A stretch of 63,873 nucleotides of DNA, filler included, from Octopus bimaculoides (GCF_001194135.2; 7 parts of 7 records of this genome joined end to end with filler, not necessarily neighbours in it); one strand, 5' to 3'. Shown: positions 1-12,600, numbered from the whole stretch's first letter. Made by a program: numbers and translations. The notes: generated from the sequence alone by a model not told the origin.

Positions 1-118
1 AAGAAGAAGAAGAAGAAGAAGAAGAAGAAGAAGAAGAAGAAGAAGAAGAAGAAGAAGAAGAAGAAGAAGAAGAAGAAGAAGAAGAAGAAGAATGAATGAA
101 TGAATGAATGAATGAATG
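1..118. repeat. (AAG)n then (AATG)n microsatellite
   Basis: Perfect AAG run 1-92 followed by AATG units. Confidence 0.97.
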
Positions 119-1186
119 GAAGTTTCAATAAAAGTATGGATTATATGTAGAAAATGGTATAAAATGAAAAAAGTAATGTCTGAAATGTCTTCTTAAATTA
201 GAAGAAAACAATTAAGTATCTGAAATAAATTCAACAGATATTTTCTGAAAGTCTTATCGTATAAATTGACAATATCTAAAGAAAGGTGTGAAATATTCCT
301 GTCAATAAATATATCTTATAAAAATGAATAAAGTTTTACGACGTAAAGACAGACATGACTGTAACAATATAAAGTACAGACACAGCAAAACATCAACGCC
401 TTCGCTTTCATACAGCAAATAAAAACGGAAGAGGAAATTAAAACTAAGACTACGAACGTGTGAGAATTGACTGTCTGTCTGTTTGTCGCACTATATACAA
501 CAGGAATACTGTAAGTAAATCACATTTATTATTTTATCAGATAAGAAAATCTAGGAGGCTTGAATGATACTAGTATCCGGATTTACACAAGTAGAAATTA
601 TTTGTTTATACAAAGATCGCTCAAAGACATTAATCCTACAACCACTCATTTTATTTTTGTTTCTTTTCCAAACGTTTTCTCTTCCCTCTCTTTGGGTCTT
701 TCCCGCTTTCTTTCTTTCTGTCTTTCTTTCCTTCCTTTTATTTTGTTCAAATATCTCAATATCTCAAAGGCTTGAATTTTCTAAAACAATGTTGTCCTTG
801 TGTCAAAATATAAGAAATGAACGACGATCCAAGGCGAAAAAAGAAACGAACCCCAATCGAGCATAGACATATTCTGGAGATTTTCCTGTGTAAATGAGAC
901 AAATATTTTGAAGGTCTTTCAAAGAAAAATATACTGTGGGGTACGTTCCGTAATGGGTGCCGGTGTCATGCAATAAAACTTGGAATAAAATCGGTAGAAA
1001 CCTATTTTTTGTGAAGTGACGTATGATATTGTATGGGGGAAGGTCACTGAAAGTATGGTAACTACAAGCTCTCGGAGTTCATTACAGTGTAAGTGGACAG
1101 CAGCATGAGTTCATTACAGATGCAGATGGACGGCTATCAGGAAAAAAAAAAGGAGAGAACTGCAGAAAATTAATGTCCTAACGAAG

Positions 1187-1365
1187 ACCGGTGATGGTGT
1201 GTTTACATCTCTGTAAACTGGCGAATCAGCAAAAGAGAACGATAGAAAATATAACTGACTTTAAAGATAGGGATTGATTTGACAATTTGTTCGACTAAAC
1301 CCCTCTGGGCGGTGCTCCGGCATAGTTGCAGCACAATGACTCAGACAAGTAAGAACTAAAAGATA
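1187..1365 (+). mobile_element. SINE family A, degenerate 3' half
   Basis: Diverged match to the 3' half of the 4533-4926 element (ggtgtgtttac...gttcgactaa...ggcggtgctcc...gacaagtaag). Confidence 0.65.
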
Positions 1366-1539
1366 ACACCGGAGACTAGCATAGATTTTTCTTCGTGATT
1401 TCTCGTTATCCCGACTGTGTAGTCAGAATTCAACCCTGAGTTTTAGATAATCACTTCAGATGCATTTAAACGTTTTGAAGACAAGTCGCCTAGTACTCGT
1501 CTTCATTAAACATCCTTCTTCTTGAGTGCTTCATTCAAG

Positions 1540-1765
1540 ATCGCTCAATCGTGATTTCGATTCCCAAACTAGGCGATGCTTTGTGTTCTTAAGTAGTACA
1601 CTTCATTTCACATTGCCCCAGTCGACTCGGCTATAAATGAGTTCAACCCACAGCTAGAAAGTTAACCCTGTAACTGACCGATGTCCCGTCCAGTAGCGAG
1701 TGTTGTATTCTCAGTTGATTACATGCCATTGAAACCAAACTAAACTCCGGCCTTATGAGACCTAG
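1540..1765 (+). mobile_element. Old tRNA-head SINE with deep-SINE-like central domain
   Basis: B-box-like gatttcgattccc, then cacattgccccagtcgactcggctataaatgag...gatgtcccgtccag; same architecture as 56022-56295 and 59370-59640. Confidence 0.5.
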
Positions 1766-1910
1766 GACCATTGACAGACGTACGTTATATGTTTACGTCT
1801 GGACGCAGAAGAGACTTTTACACAAAATACTTTTCATATTGATGCAAAATTATTCTAGATATTAAATCCTAAGACAACAGCATATTTTTATAAAGACTAA
1901 GAATAAATAT

Positions 1911-2123
1911 TGATTTGAAATATTGGCACAAGGCCAGCAAGATCGAGGAGAGCATAAGTCGATTACATCGACCCAAGTGTTCAACTGGTCTGCCTTTTAC
2001 GATCCCGAAAGGATGAAAGACAAAGTTGACTTCGGTGGAATTTGAACTCTAAACGTAAAGACGGACAAAATGCCGCTAAACATTTTGCCCGGCACGTTAA
2101 CGGTTCTGCCAGTTTGCCGCCTT
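1911..2123 (-). mobile_element. SINE family B, full length, with degenerate TSD
   Basis: Matches 21857-22068 and 42612-42844; flanked by taaagactaagaataaatat / ttaaacctaagaatgaatat. Confidence 0.85.
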
Positions 2124-2419
2124 TTAAACCTAAGAATGAATATCATTCTGTTAAAAATTAGGACACGAACTCGCAGTCTGAATAACTGATATCTTATCTC
2201 TGTAGCCTGTTACTCATTTTGCTTGTGATAGCAACAGAATAAACGCCAATAGTATCAACAGCATCATAAACTACAACAATGGTAGTCTCCTTTTGATTTC
2301 TAAAGACCTCATTTTATTAGCAACATATTTTTACAGGAAAAAAAGAAGAAAACAAAACATTAAACGTATAAAAGATTAAATTATTATGATAAATGCCCCA
2401 TAACTACCTCACTAAGAAA

Positions 2420-2880
2420 ACAGAAAGTTAGAAAGGGGGAGGCGAATTAAGCAGGAGCAGAATCGGTTGGAGGAAATGAAGGGTTGTACACCCCAAAACG
2501 CATGGCGTATTTAGCCGCGCCTCGCGGACAAGATTGCGAAGGCATTGACTCGGAAAATGACCAGCAACACTCGCTGCAATAACCACCCCCACTTCAGAGG
2601 ACTCATTTCTTAGACGGGCCGCAGTTATCCCGATTTTACGGAGGAAATCAGCTGAGTAGGGTCCGAAAAAACCTGAGATCCCAATGGCAACACTAACGGT
2701 TGTAGAGAGAGAAAATTATTAGTCATAGAAGTACTACAACTGTTCCTCATCCCTGGTTTATGCTAATAAAGCAGTTTCATAGAGGATCTCATGTTCATGG
2801 ATACATAGCGGTGTGAATGTTGATGTGCACGTGGTGCACCCTGACAGCAGTTGTTGCATGGGAAATATTCACTTCTCGAT
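2420..2880 (-). mobile_element. Degenerate C-terminal RLE region of a CRE-like non-LTR retrotransposon
   Basis: Minus-strand translation across frameshifts: IFP..CTTCTSTFTP..; VAIGISGFFGPYSADFLRKIG; WLLQRVLLVIFRVNAFAILS* resembles the conserved IAIETxGxxGP..FL..LG / WLFQRISxAxQRGNAxxIL tail. Confidence 0.55.
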
Positions 2881-3884
2881 CAACCATGGTGGTATTAGAA
2901 GCTTGAATTTTGTATAGAAGACTAAGGAAGAAGACTACAGAATATACATATTTAATATTTTTTTATATTATTTTCAATTTCTGCAGTATTTGTAGCATAT
3001 TAAAAATTTAGATAAAGGAGGGAGAGGAAAATTCGTCACAGCAGCGTCTCACTAGGACGCCAGATGTTTTATTGCATGCTAAACACCGCAGTAATAGACC
3101 CATCAGCAATGTGCATACATTAAGTAGGTTACATAGGCGACTGTTACAACATCACAATAGCCATAATTAAGATTGATTTATTTAGAATTAACTAACGTAA
3201 TAGTAAGATTGCCTTCCATTTGCAATGAAGAAAACAAAATGAGAAAACTATCTCTGAATGTTTTTCTTCTAAGCAATAACTTTAACTTTAGATGTCACCA
3301 CAAATATCCAGACAGTCTTTTTACTGGTGTGTTATCTCCTACAATTGTTTGAAAGATGATCCGGAAGTAATCTTATAACCTAAAGAACAATTAAATTACG
3401 TTGTAAAGCCAATGGTAAATGCTACATAGAAAAAGTTTAAACATTACTAGTTTTCTGCATTAATGGTATATCTTAGTCTGTGATCTATTAAACAAGTTCC
3501 ACTAAACAATGTACCACAGACGATATATACTATATATATATATACATTCGTTTATAACAGCGTAGCGTGTGAAACAAACAGTGTTGGATACACCATCAAA
3601 CCTTAACAAACTCAGTTGCTTTTGTCGTACATGAAACGTAAAGATATCTCTGTCGTTTTCTGCAAGAAAGCAAATCGTCTGCTGTGATGTGCAACATCAA
3701 TGAAAAATTGTAATGGCATTAAATGTACAAAAGATTGTGTTACCATGCTACGGATATTATGTCATAATGCCTGAATTGTGATATAAATAACTATTCTAAG
3801 AAACAAGAGTCCGAATCAGAAGAAAATGATGCTTCATTCCAAAAATCAAAAGTAGTCGCAGTTCTTTAGCTTCGGGGCAATAGC

Positions 3885-4090
3885 ATTTGTAGTTGTAGTA
3901 GTAATGGTAGTAGTAGTTCTTGTTGTTCTAGCTGTTGCAGTAGCAGTTGTGTCAGTAATGGTGGAATTAGTAGTGATAGTCGTGGTAGATTTTATAGTAG
4001 TAGTTGTAATAGTGGTTGGAAGACCAGCATGAACAGCAGCAATAGTGGTAGTAGTAGTAGCAGCAGTAGTAGTAGAGGCAGCAACAGCAC

Positions 4091-4133
<43 letters not shown>

Positions 4134-4285
4134 GGTGGTGGTAATAGTAGTAGTAGTATATGCAGCAACAGCTGTAGTAGTAGTAGTGGTGGTAGTAGTG
4201 GTGGTGGTGGTGGTGGTGGTAGCTGCAGCAGCAGCAGTAGTAGGAGTACTATTAACAGTAGTTGTAGTGGCAGCAGCAGCAGTAT

Positions 4286-4343
<58 letters not shown>

Positions 4344-4345
4344 TA
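3885..4345. repeat. Compound trinucleotide microsatellite (TAG/GGT/CAG)n
   Basis: Interleaved GTA, GTG and GCA runs; the poly-T/S/V ORFs are by-products. Confidence 0.92.
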
Positions 4346-4532
4346 ACAACCACAATAACAATAACAGCAAAAACGATTATAGAAGAACAGAATGGAGTAT
4401 GCAGAACAGGAGTACACACGAGGACGGAAAGTGTCACTGAAGAGGTCACAGATGCGTGACGAAAGATTTCTGGACAGGAACTAATATATAGTGCGTGTGT
4501 TTATTTGGCAAAAGAAAAAAATGATCATATAG

Positions 4533-4926
4533 GTGCAGGAGTGGCTGTGTGGTGAGTAGCTTGCTTACCAACCACATGGTTCCAGGTTCAGTCCCACTGC
4601 GTGGCACCTTGGGCAAGTGTCTTCTATTATAGCTTCGAGCCGACCAAAGCCTTGTGAGTGGATTTGGTTGACGGAAACTGAAAGAAGCCTGTTGTGTGTG
4701 TGTGTATGTGTGTGTGTCTGTGCTTGTCTCCCCCTCCCGACTATCGCTTGACAACCGATGCTGGTGCGTTTACGTCCCCGTCACCTAGCGGTTCGTCAAA
4801 ACGAAACCGATAGAATAAGTACTAGGCTTACAAAGAAAAAATTCTGGGGTTGATTTGTTCGACTAAAGGCGGTGCTCAAGCATGACCGCAGTCAAATGAC
4901 TGAAACAGATACAAGAGTTAAAGAGT
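4533..4926 (+). mobile_element. SINE family A, full length (tRNA-like head, internal (TG)n, 3' tail)
   Basis: A-box-like tggctgtgtgg, B-box-like ggttcagtcc, internal TG repeat, tail gactgaaacagatacaagagttaaagag; many homologues in the window. Confidence 0.9.
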
Positions 4927-6704
4927 ATTCCGAAATACAATATGTCTCAATACACGGTTTCACATCAGGAATCTTACAACACAAATTCATAAACGATTAT
5001 TAAAGTATTTTCTTTGTCAACGTGCGAGAGTAGGTATTCCATACTTATTGACGCTATAATTACCAAGCGAAGGCGCTTATTCATAGCCTTTCAATCACGC
5101 ATGACTATAAAGAAATTCCTCGAACATTTAAACTTATATTACCGCTTTCCTTAGCGAAACTCTTTTAATATTGGAAATTTTATGAACATTTGATCTTTTA
5201 AGTATATTTTTCCGTTTTTACCCTTGTAAATTTAACCGCTCCTAAAACCATTTTTGTTTAATATGCACCTTTGATAAACAAAAACATTGTCAAAACCGGT
5301 TATATATCTTAAATCTGTTACAAAATCGGTCTGCCGTTTTAATGCTCAGGTGCATTTTCAGCTGCCAAAACAAATTCCTTTCCTCTCTGGGAATACACTT
5401 CTTTTCTCCATATATATATATATATATATATANNNNNNNNNNNNNNNNNNNNNNNNNNNNNNNNNNNNNNNNNNNNNNNNNNNNNNNNNNNNNNNNNNNN
5501 NNNNNNNNNNNNNNNNNNNNNNNNNNNNNNNNNNNNNNNNNNNNNNNNNNNNNNNNNNNNNNNNNNNNNNNNNNNNNNNNNNNNNNNNNNNNNNNNNNNN
5601 NNNNNNNNNNNNNNNNNNNNNNNNNNNNNNNNNNNNNNNNNNNNNNNNNNNNNNNNNNNNNNNNNNNNNNNNNNNNNNNNNNNNNNNNNNNNNNNNNNNN
5701 NNNNNNNNNNNNNNNNNNNNNNNNNNNNNNNNNNNNNNNNNNNNNNNNNNNNNNNNNNNNNNNNNNNNNNNNNNNNNNNNNNNNNNNNNNNNNNNNNNNN
5801 NNNNNNNNNNNNNNNNNNNNNNNNNNNNNNNNNNNNNNNNNNNNNNNNNNNNNNNNNNNNNNNNNNNNNNNNNNNNNNNNNNNNNNNNNNNNNNNNNNNN
5901 NNNNNNNNNNNNNNNNNNNNNNNNNNNNNNNNNNNNNNNNNNNNNNNNNNNNNNNNNNNNNNNNNNNNNNNNNNNNNNNNNNNNNNNNNNNNNNNNNNNN
6001 NNNNNNNNNNNNNNNNNNNNNNNNNNNNNNNNNNNNNNNNNNNNNNNNNNNNNNNNNNNNNNNNNNNNNNNNNNNNNNNNNNNNNNNNNNNNNNNNNNNN
6101 NNNNNNNNNNNNNNNNNNNNNNNNNNNNNNNNNNNNNNNNNNNNNNNNNNNNNNNNNNNNNNNNNNNNNNNNNNNNNNNNNNNNNNNNNNNNNNNNNNNN
6201 NNNNNNNNNNNNNNNNNNNNNNNNNNNNNNNNNNNNNNNNNNNNNNNNNNNNNNNNATATATATATATGTATATATATATATATATGCTTTCATTCATGT
6301 ACGCATACATATATTAGTATGTGTATGCTGATGGAATTGTACATTATAGAAACTATACATCTGTGTATGATGTTTGATGTTCAACATCATTTCACATTTC
6401 TATTAAATTGACTACAACAGTAATTTTCTATAAATTACCATGTCTTTACTGGTTTTGTGAATTCTCGCTTCAACTGAGGATTGGTACCGAGCCAGTTAAT
6501 TACACGACCATATGCCCAATAATCACGTGGTCAAATAAAAATAATAGTCTGTCCTTAGTATCTGACGATTTCATATTAGTCCAGCCTTGATTTGTTCGTA
6601 TTCTTTTATCTTAAACATTATGTTAACGTGTGCTGGACGACCAGTTTCTATTAGTCAGCACTGTTTCTTTACTTTGATCTCTATTATTACGTCTTGTCAG
6701 GTGT

Positions 6705-6960
6705 CCTTTTTATCTTTCATCTTTGACTGTTTCAGATGTTTTACTACGGCCATGCTTGGGCACTCCCTTGAATTGGTTTTAGTCAAACAAACAGAAGCCA
6801 GTACTAAGATTTCGTTGAAGTCTGGTGCTTACTCTAATTCTATTGGTATCTTTTACCGAACCGCTAAGTTACTGGATCGTAAACTAGCCAACATTGGTTG
6901 TCAAGACTGGTGGACAGAAACAAACACAGACACACATTCGCATAAACACATACACACACA
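6705..6960 (-). mobile_element. SINE family A, degenerate 3' half
   Basis: Reverse-complement similarity to 4745-4920. Confidence 0.7.
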
Positions 6961-7169
6961 TACGGAAAATACTTATGGGATGACTTGATATATTAGAAAG
7001 AGAGATGAACAAGTAAAATATGTAATTTACAAACTTCTTTCAAAATTCCTATTTTGTTTTTCACACATTCACTTGTGTGGGTTGAACAATGTAAAATATT
7101 GAAGAATGAAATTTCTTGCAATACATACCAATACATACGTCTAAAGCAAACAATTTTCGCGGGGTGGGG

Positions 7170-7280
7170 AATACAATTGTGGATCCTCAATTTATTATTT
7201 TGTTACATGGACCCCCACCTCCCAAAAATTGTATGTAGGTCCTTAGGGGCCATACGAACCCTGGTTGAGAACCATTGGTC
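7170..7280 (-). mobile_element. Terminal part of an hAT-type MITE
   Basis: Reverse complement caatggttctcaaccaggg resembles the hAT TIR CAGTGGTTCTCAACC; partner end not identified. Confidence 0.45.
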
Positions 7281-7327
7281 TAAAGCCTTTAAGACGATGT
7301 CCCAGCATGACTATATTCTAATGAATA

Positions 7328-7810
7328 CTCTTCTACTCTTTTACTTGCTTCAGTCATTTGACTGCTGCCATGCTGGAGCACCGCCATTAGTCGAGCAAAT
7401 CGACCCCAGGACTTATTCTTTGTAAGCCTAGTACTTATTCTATCGGTCTCGTTTTGCCGAACTGCTAAGTTACGGGGACGTAACCTCACCAGCATCTGTT
7501 GTCAAGCGATGTTGGGGGGGGGACAAACACACACANNNNNNNNNNNNNNNNNNNNNNNNNNNNNNNNNNNNNNNNNNNNNNNNNNNNNNNNNNNNNNNNN
7601 NNNNNNNNNNNNNNNNNNNNNNNNNNNNNNNNNNNNNNNNNATATATACATACATATACATATATACGACAGGTTTCTTTCAGTTTCCGTCTATCAAATC
7701 AACTCACAAGGCTTTGGTCGAAGTAGAAGACACTTGCCCAAGGTACCACGCAGTGGGACTGAACTCGGAACCATGTGGTTCGTAAGCAAGCTACTTACCA
7801 CACAGCCACA
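7328..7810 (-). mobile_element. SINE family A, near full length, N gap in the internal microsatellite
   Basis: High identity to the reverse complement of 4533-4926. Confidence 0.9.
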
Positions 7811-9719
7811 GAAGTAAAAGATAAAAGATGTGTGTGTGTGTGTGTGTGCAAATATTGAAGCTCCTTGTAAGTGGTATTTTAGAAATGAAGGAAAAAATCT
7901 CGAACGAAGGGGAATAACTGTGGAAAGAGTTTATGGGAACGAGTAAAATACCTTTATAGAAAGAAAACCAGCAAGCCGCTGCGGAGATTCGAACTCTGTA
8001 GTTGTTTGAGAGTTCTCCTGCGTTCTTCATCGATAATATATATAAAAAATTATTATATATATATGTGCGTGCGTGTGAGTGTGTGTATGTGTCTCTCTGT
8101 ATGTGTGTGTATGCATGTATGCATGTGTGTACATGCGCGCGCGCGTGTGTACTTTCATACATAGTTACATCTATTTGTACGGACTAAAGTCGTAACAAGA
8201 GAAGATATGTTTTTATTCATTTTCTCGTGTGTCTCCATTTTCGCCAGAAGTAAGCAAACTGCATCACAGTCACTTTAATTAATTCCCTAAGTTCTTCCAT
8301 TAAAACTAATTTCAGTTACTTAAAACACACTTTATCTTAATTAGAATCACCATGTCATTTCGAAAAGTGTTTACATCATTTCTAGTTCTTTGAAAACGGC
8401 AGTTCGACCAAACGCCTATACAACATACATTTACATCATGATATATATTTAATTTAATTCGAATAGACTTGGAATGGCCTGATGTTAGCGACAATGTATT
8501 TACTATATAGGTAATATTGAGCTAAGCTAATGTTCCATGGAGAGGAGAAATCTTTAATGTTTTAGCTGGAAACTCTTTATCGGAGAAGTTTTGTTTTGCT
8601 TAGTTATAGATATAAGATTTATATCTCGCTAACATATACTAACTTTTGACTTGAAAGTTACGAGTGCTGATACATTAGTCTAGTCACTCAATGACTGAGC
8701 ATATCATTCTCTGATAATATTTATTGATTTTTTTTTTCCTTTACAAACGACTTCAATTCGAAAAGAATTTATCAGTGGCCTGCGTCGTCGCTAAAAGTCA
8801 ATTAAGTGAAAAGCTGAAATTAAATTATGTGACTGTGTTGTGGAGATTGAATCTTTATCTAAGTATAAATTCCTTCCAGAAAATCAAATATGTTTCCTCT
8901 CGCCACTAATAATCTTCCATGTTTGCATCAATGTAATAATATTGAGCAGAGAATTAATTATATGAGGAACGTAATGTCACATCTATTCCTCCCACCCGCG
9001 AGAATGCTGTAGATCATTCGATTAGCTTAAATGTTTTAACATTTATTAATTATCGAAAGCAAACATCTAGAAGCTATATGGCCAACTGGATATGATTAAG
9101 CCTCTAGCTAATAAATACGCATTGCAATTCCACTGCTAAGATGCCGATGTATACTTACTTCATCAGTGCAGGTAATTAAGCAAGCTTCATTACATTTAAA
9201 TGTTAGTTACAGGTATTAATATTATAGTATTATCTAATAATGTTGAGCAGAGATAGATCTGTCGCCTTTCCCTCGTATGTTTAATGCAATAAAAATCAGA
9301 AAGAATTAATTAAAATGTCTGCTCTGTAAGTTGCTAAATTTAACCGAAAAACTATACACGTGGTGACCAGAAAACCAGTAAAATGTTTCCTAGTTACTTA
9401 AGGACGAGAGGGACATTTATTAACTGAGATATAGCTTATATATTAGCTTAATCTTTTTTTTTTTCTTTTTCATTGCTACGAGTCGCAGATGGTGTGGTTA
9501 CTGTGGCATTTGGAATTCTATAAGAACTATGAGTATACTCTCTATAATTAACTTTCTCTGGCAGTGGAATATTTGTCGTAAGAACATACTGGTTATAGAA
9601 ACAAATGGGCAGTTTTTATCTTCTCAATACAATTACATGCTGGTCAAAACGTTTTTTCTTCGGTTCACTAATCAAACCTAACTGTAGAATATGTATATAT
9701 AAATGTATTTACTAGTTTT

Positions 9720-9875
9720 TTTTCTTTCCCTATTTATCTCTGCGTTCCTTTCTGTCGAAGAGCGTAGGCTCGAAACGTAAAGGACTTTCTCAGTTCCTGA
9801 GCGTTAAACGAATACATCTGTTTGCTGTTTACACACCCGACTTCGTCTAAGTCTTTTTTTTTTTTTGTAAATTCT
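9720..9875 (+). mobile_element. Short Penelope-type (pLTR-like) repeat carrying a hammerhead motif
   Basis: Homologous to 37880-38035; hammerhead motif followed by a shared downstream segment and T-rich end. Confidence 0.6.
9746..9784 (+). ncRNA. Minimal type-I hammerhead ribozyme-like motif (core variant CUGUCGA)
   Basis: tcctt/aagga stem I, ctgtcga core, gagc-gtag-gctc stem II, gaaa, palindromic ACGU stem III, GUA site. Confidence 0.55.
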
Positions 9876-10574
9876 CATTATATATAAATGTAACTTAGTG
9901 CAGTAAGTTTTCTACACTCTCCCACGGTGAGAATAAATAATTTTAAGCACCTTAAATAATTGAAATCTTAGTTGAACTTGAAAAATCTTTAACTGATTAT
10001 AGACGAGGAATATAGACATATATACATACCTTTCACCATGTATAAGGGTGAATCAGGTAAGGCGGATATATAATTGTTAAGATTTATATAATTATTAAGT
10101 CGTATATGAGTCGAGAGATCGTTATCAATAAAAGGCTTTTATCAACAGTGTGACTTCTACGTGGTGCCTAATGAAGTAACTCAGATACAAAGCAAGATCT
10201 TTCACCTATTTTTTTTCCATTTGCTTTAGTCTCGAACTTCTATTCCTCGTTCCATTTCTCTTTCCTTTAATCTTACTTTTCCTGTTTCTCTCTCCAACCA
10301 CTTCCTGTTCACGTATGAAGCTTCCATTCTCAGTCGCAGTCAGTTTTTTTCTAATTTAGAGGATGTAAAACTCTGCTGTCTCTCATTAGTATCTCTCCTA
10401 TCTACTTTTCCATGAAGAAGAACATTCTCCGAAACGTTATTTTTTCCACTCTCCACTGCGAGTTCACTACAGTTTTTATCGATTTAACAAAATAACCAAT
10501 GTATGCTGATGCAGATCAACACCAACCNNNNNNNNNNTCTGTGTGTGTTTTGGTTTTTTTTGCGTGTGTGGGTA

Positions 10575-10960
10575 TGTGTTGGGTCACCACTTTGAAGGTT
10601 TCAGGCAAATAAATCGGTGGCAGTACTTTGATATATTTTAAAGTCTGTTACTTAATTTATCGTTATCTTTTGACGAACTGCTAGCTTACGTGTTGTCAAG
10701 CAGTTGAGATGCACAACCCCCCCCACACACACACAAACACACATGCACACACACGCACACACACATGCACAAAGACATGTATGTTTCTATGTAAAATATG
10801 TGACAAGTTTCCACAGTTTACGACTCCCGTAGTTACTCCAGTTGTTGGTCAGCTCGGGTCTATAATATAAGACACCTGCCTAATCTTCCGCGAAGCGGGA
10901 CTGATCTCGAAATCACGTGGTAACAAAGCGAGTCTCTTAACCACACAACCATGCCTGCGA
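10575..10960 (-). mobile_element. SINE family A, old degenerate copy
   Basis: Head (ttaaccacacaaccatgcctgcg), (CA)n middle and tail recognisable. Confidence 0.7.
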
Positions 10961-11343
10961 CTACATAAGCCGTGCATTAAACATAATCACGCTAGTAAAC
11001 CAGATGATTTCATCTGAATAGATTCCATACCATTGTTTACAACAAAGACCAACAACAACAACAACGATAACAAGAAGAATTGTATGTTGTTGTTCTTAGT
11101 ATTATGATAGACTATGTAAGTAAGATATATGGCTATGTGGAAAAGAGGATATTCAAACAATATTGATGATGATGTGTGTCTCTCTGTATTAAAGCAGAAA
11201 TATGAATGAAAGAAACAGAAAAATTATGCTGAAAAGATTGTGGTGAGTAAACAGTGGAAGATTATTGTAAATCCATGTCTGCTTGATATATATATTTATA
11301 TTGCATTCTGGTATGGAGTATATATATATATATATATATATAT

Positions 11344-11443
11344 NNNNNNNNNNNNNNNNNNNNNNNNNNNNNNNNNNNNNNNNNNNNTTAATTAATTAAN
11401 NNNNNNNNNNNNNNNNNNNNNNNNNNNNNNNNNNNNNNNNNNN
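11344..11443. other. Artificial 100-bp gap placeholder N44-TTAATTAATTAA-N44 (also 17961-18060, 35732-35831, 44451-44550, 52492-52591, 62740-62839)
   Basis: Identical 44+12+44 layout six times; the 12-mer puts TAA in all six frames. Confidence 0.95.
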
Positions 11444-11894
11444 ATTGATGTTTTTCAATATTTTCCCTCAGAAACACATTTATCTTATAAAAACTAAAAA
11501 GAATATTTTTTAAATGTATGATTATTATTTTTAGCCCCACTTCCTGGCCCCGATTCTTTCTCTTGATATAATTGTCAAATATTGGAGAGCCTGAGAAGAT
11601 TATTATTGCTGGGATTTATCCACAGTGATTTAAATAAGAGTTTATGTAAAAGAGGATTTCTTTTGAGATTATCCTTTTCTCTTAGAAAATGGTTTTCTTT
11701 TCTTTCTTAGACACGCATACACGGCTTCGCTTGGTTGGGATGCGAATAAAAATCTAAATTACCATTTTTTCTTTCGTCTTAACTTATTATAATCCCAGTA
11801 ATGGACCACGCGTGTGTTACTTTGGCATCATCATTCCAGAAAATGTGTTTTGGGGGAGAAAATATAGAAAAGCATCAATAAATGTGAGAGTACA

Positions 11895-12290
11895 CAAGGC
11901 TCCAATCAGAAAATAACCAGTTTGCTTTCTCATATCAAAAGCTTTGAATCGATGCTTCGTTTGCTTGTCACACAATTGAGAAGTGTTTCACACATTTTCC
12001 GAAATTGAGTGAACAAAATTCTGAATCAAAAAAGGAATACACTGACAAGTCTGAAAGTCTTGAAGAAACTTGGAAGTAGATTTGATGAAATGCAAGATAA
12101 CAAAATCGATCTACGTGTTTTTTAAACAATTGTTGATGTGTCCTGAAGAGGTTCCGGATTCCTTACAATTAGAATTAAAATTGATTTGTAGTCAGATAAC
12201 TTGAAACCGATATGTAATAATCTGTCTTTATTGAATGAATTACGAATATATTAGATATTTTTTGTAAAGACTTCTTTTGGAAAATATGTG
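11895..12290 (+). mobile_element. Degenerate hAT transposase fragment (SPIN/Charlie/GTF2IRD2-like C-terminal region)
   Basis: QGSNQKITSLLSHIKSFESMLRLL / FPKLSE / SRFDEM / VPDSLQLEL across frameshifts. Confidence 0.6.
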
Positions 12291-12412
12291 TGGTTTGTGC
12301 TTCAAGACAAGAGACTGAGCGAATATGTAGGGGTCGATTTTCTGAAATAAAACCCCTTGGAATTGGTGCCCCGAAACCAACATTAACAACAAGACTATAA
12401 GGTCATATATAT

Positions 12413-12600
12413 CTGTTATCTTTTACTTGTTTCAGTAATCAGACTGAGGCCATTCTGGGGCAGTGTCCTGAAGAGTTTTTAGTTGAAAGATTCAACTTCA
12501 TTACTTATTCTTATCGGGTATTTTGCCAAACTGTTATGTTACAGGGATGTAAACACACCAACACCAGTTGTCAAGCAGTGGTGGGCGACAAACACAATGA
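12413..12600 (-). mobile_element. SINE family A, degenerate 3' half
   Basis: cttttacttgtttcag...gtaaacacaccaacaccagttgtcaagc matches the family A tail. Confidence 0.7.

Noticed and set aside
2793-2938. Minus-strand terminal exon FFLSLLYKIQASNTT...MYP*
   Set aside because: Another frame fits the RLE fossil better
3846-4370. 174-aa Thr-rich mucin-like ORF (and the Ser/Gly- and Val-rich ORFs on the other strand)
   Set aside because: Entirely a trinucleotide microsatellite, open in several frames by construction; no splice or start context
5287-6411. Long ORFs spanning N runs (also 40538-41787, 51104-51818, 54763-55821, 56307-57362)
   Set aside because: X-filled artefacts of gaps
9499-9577. 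AG/GT-bounded open frame WCGYCGIWNSIRTMSILSIINFLWQWNIC
   Set aside because: No link to other exons and not protein-like; possible UTR exon, but unsupported
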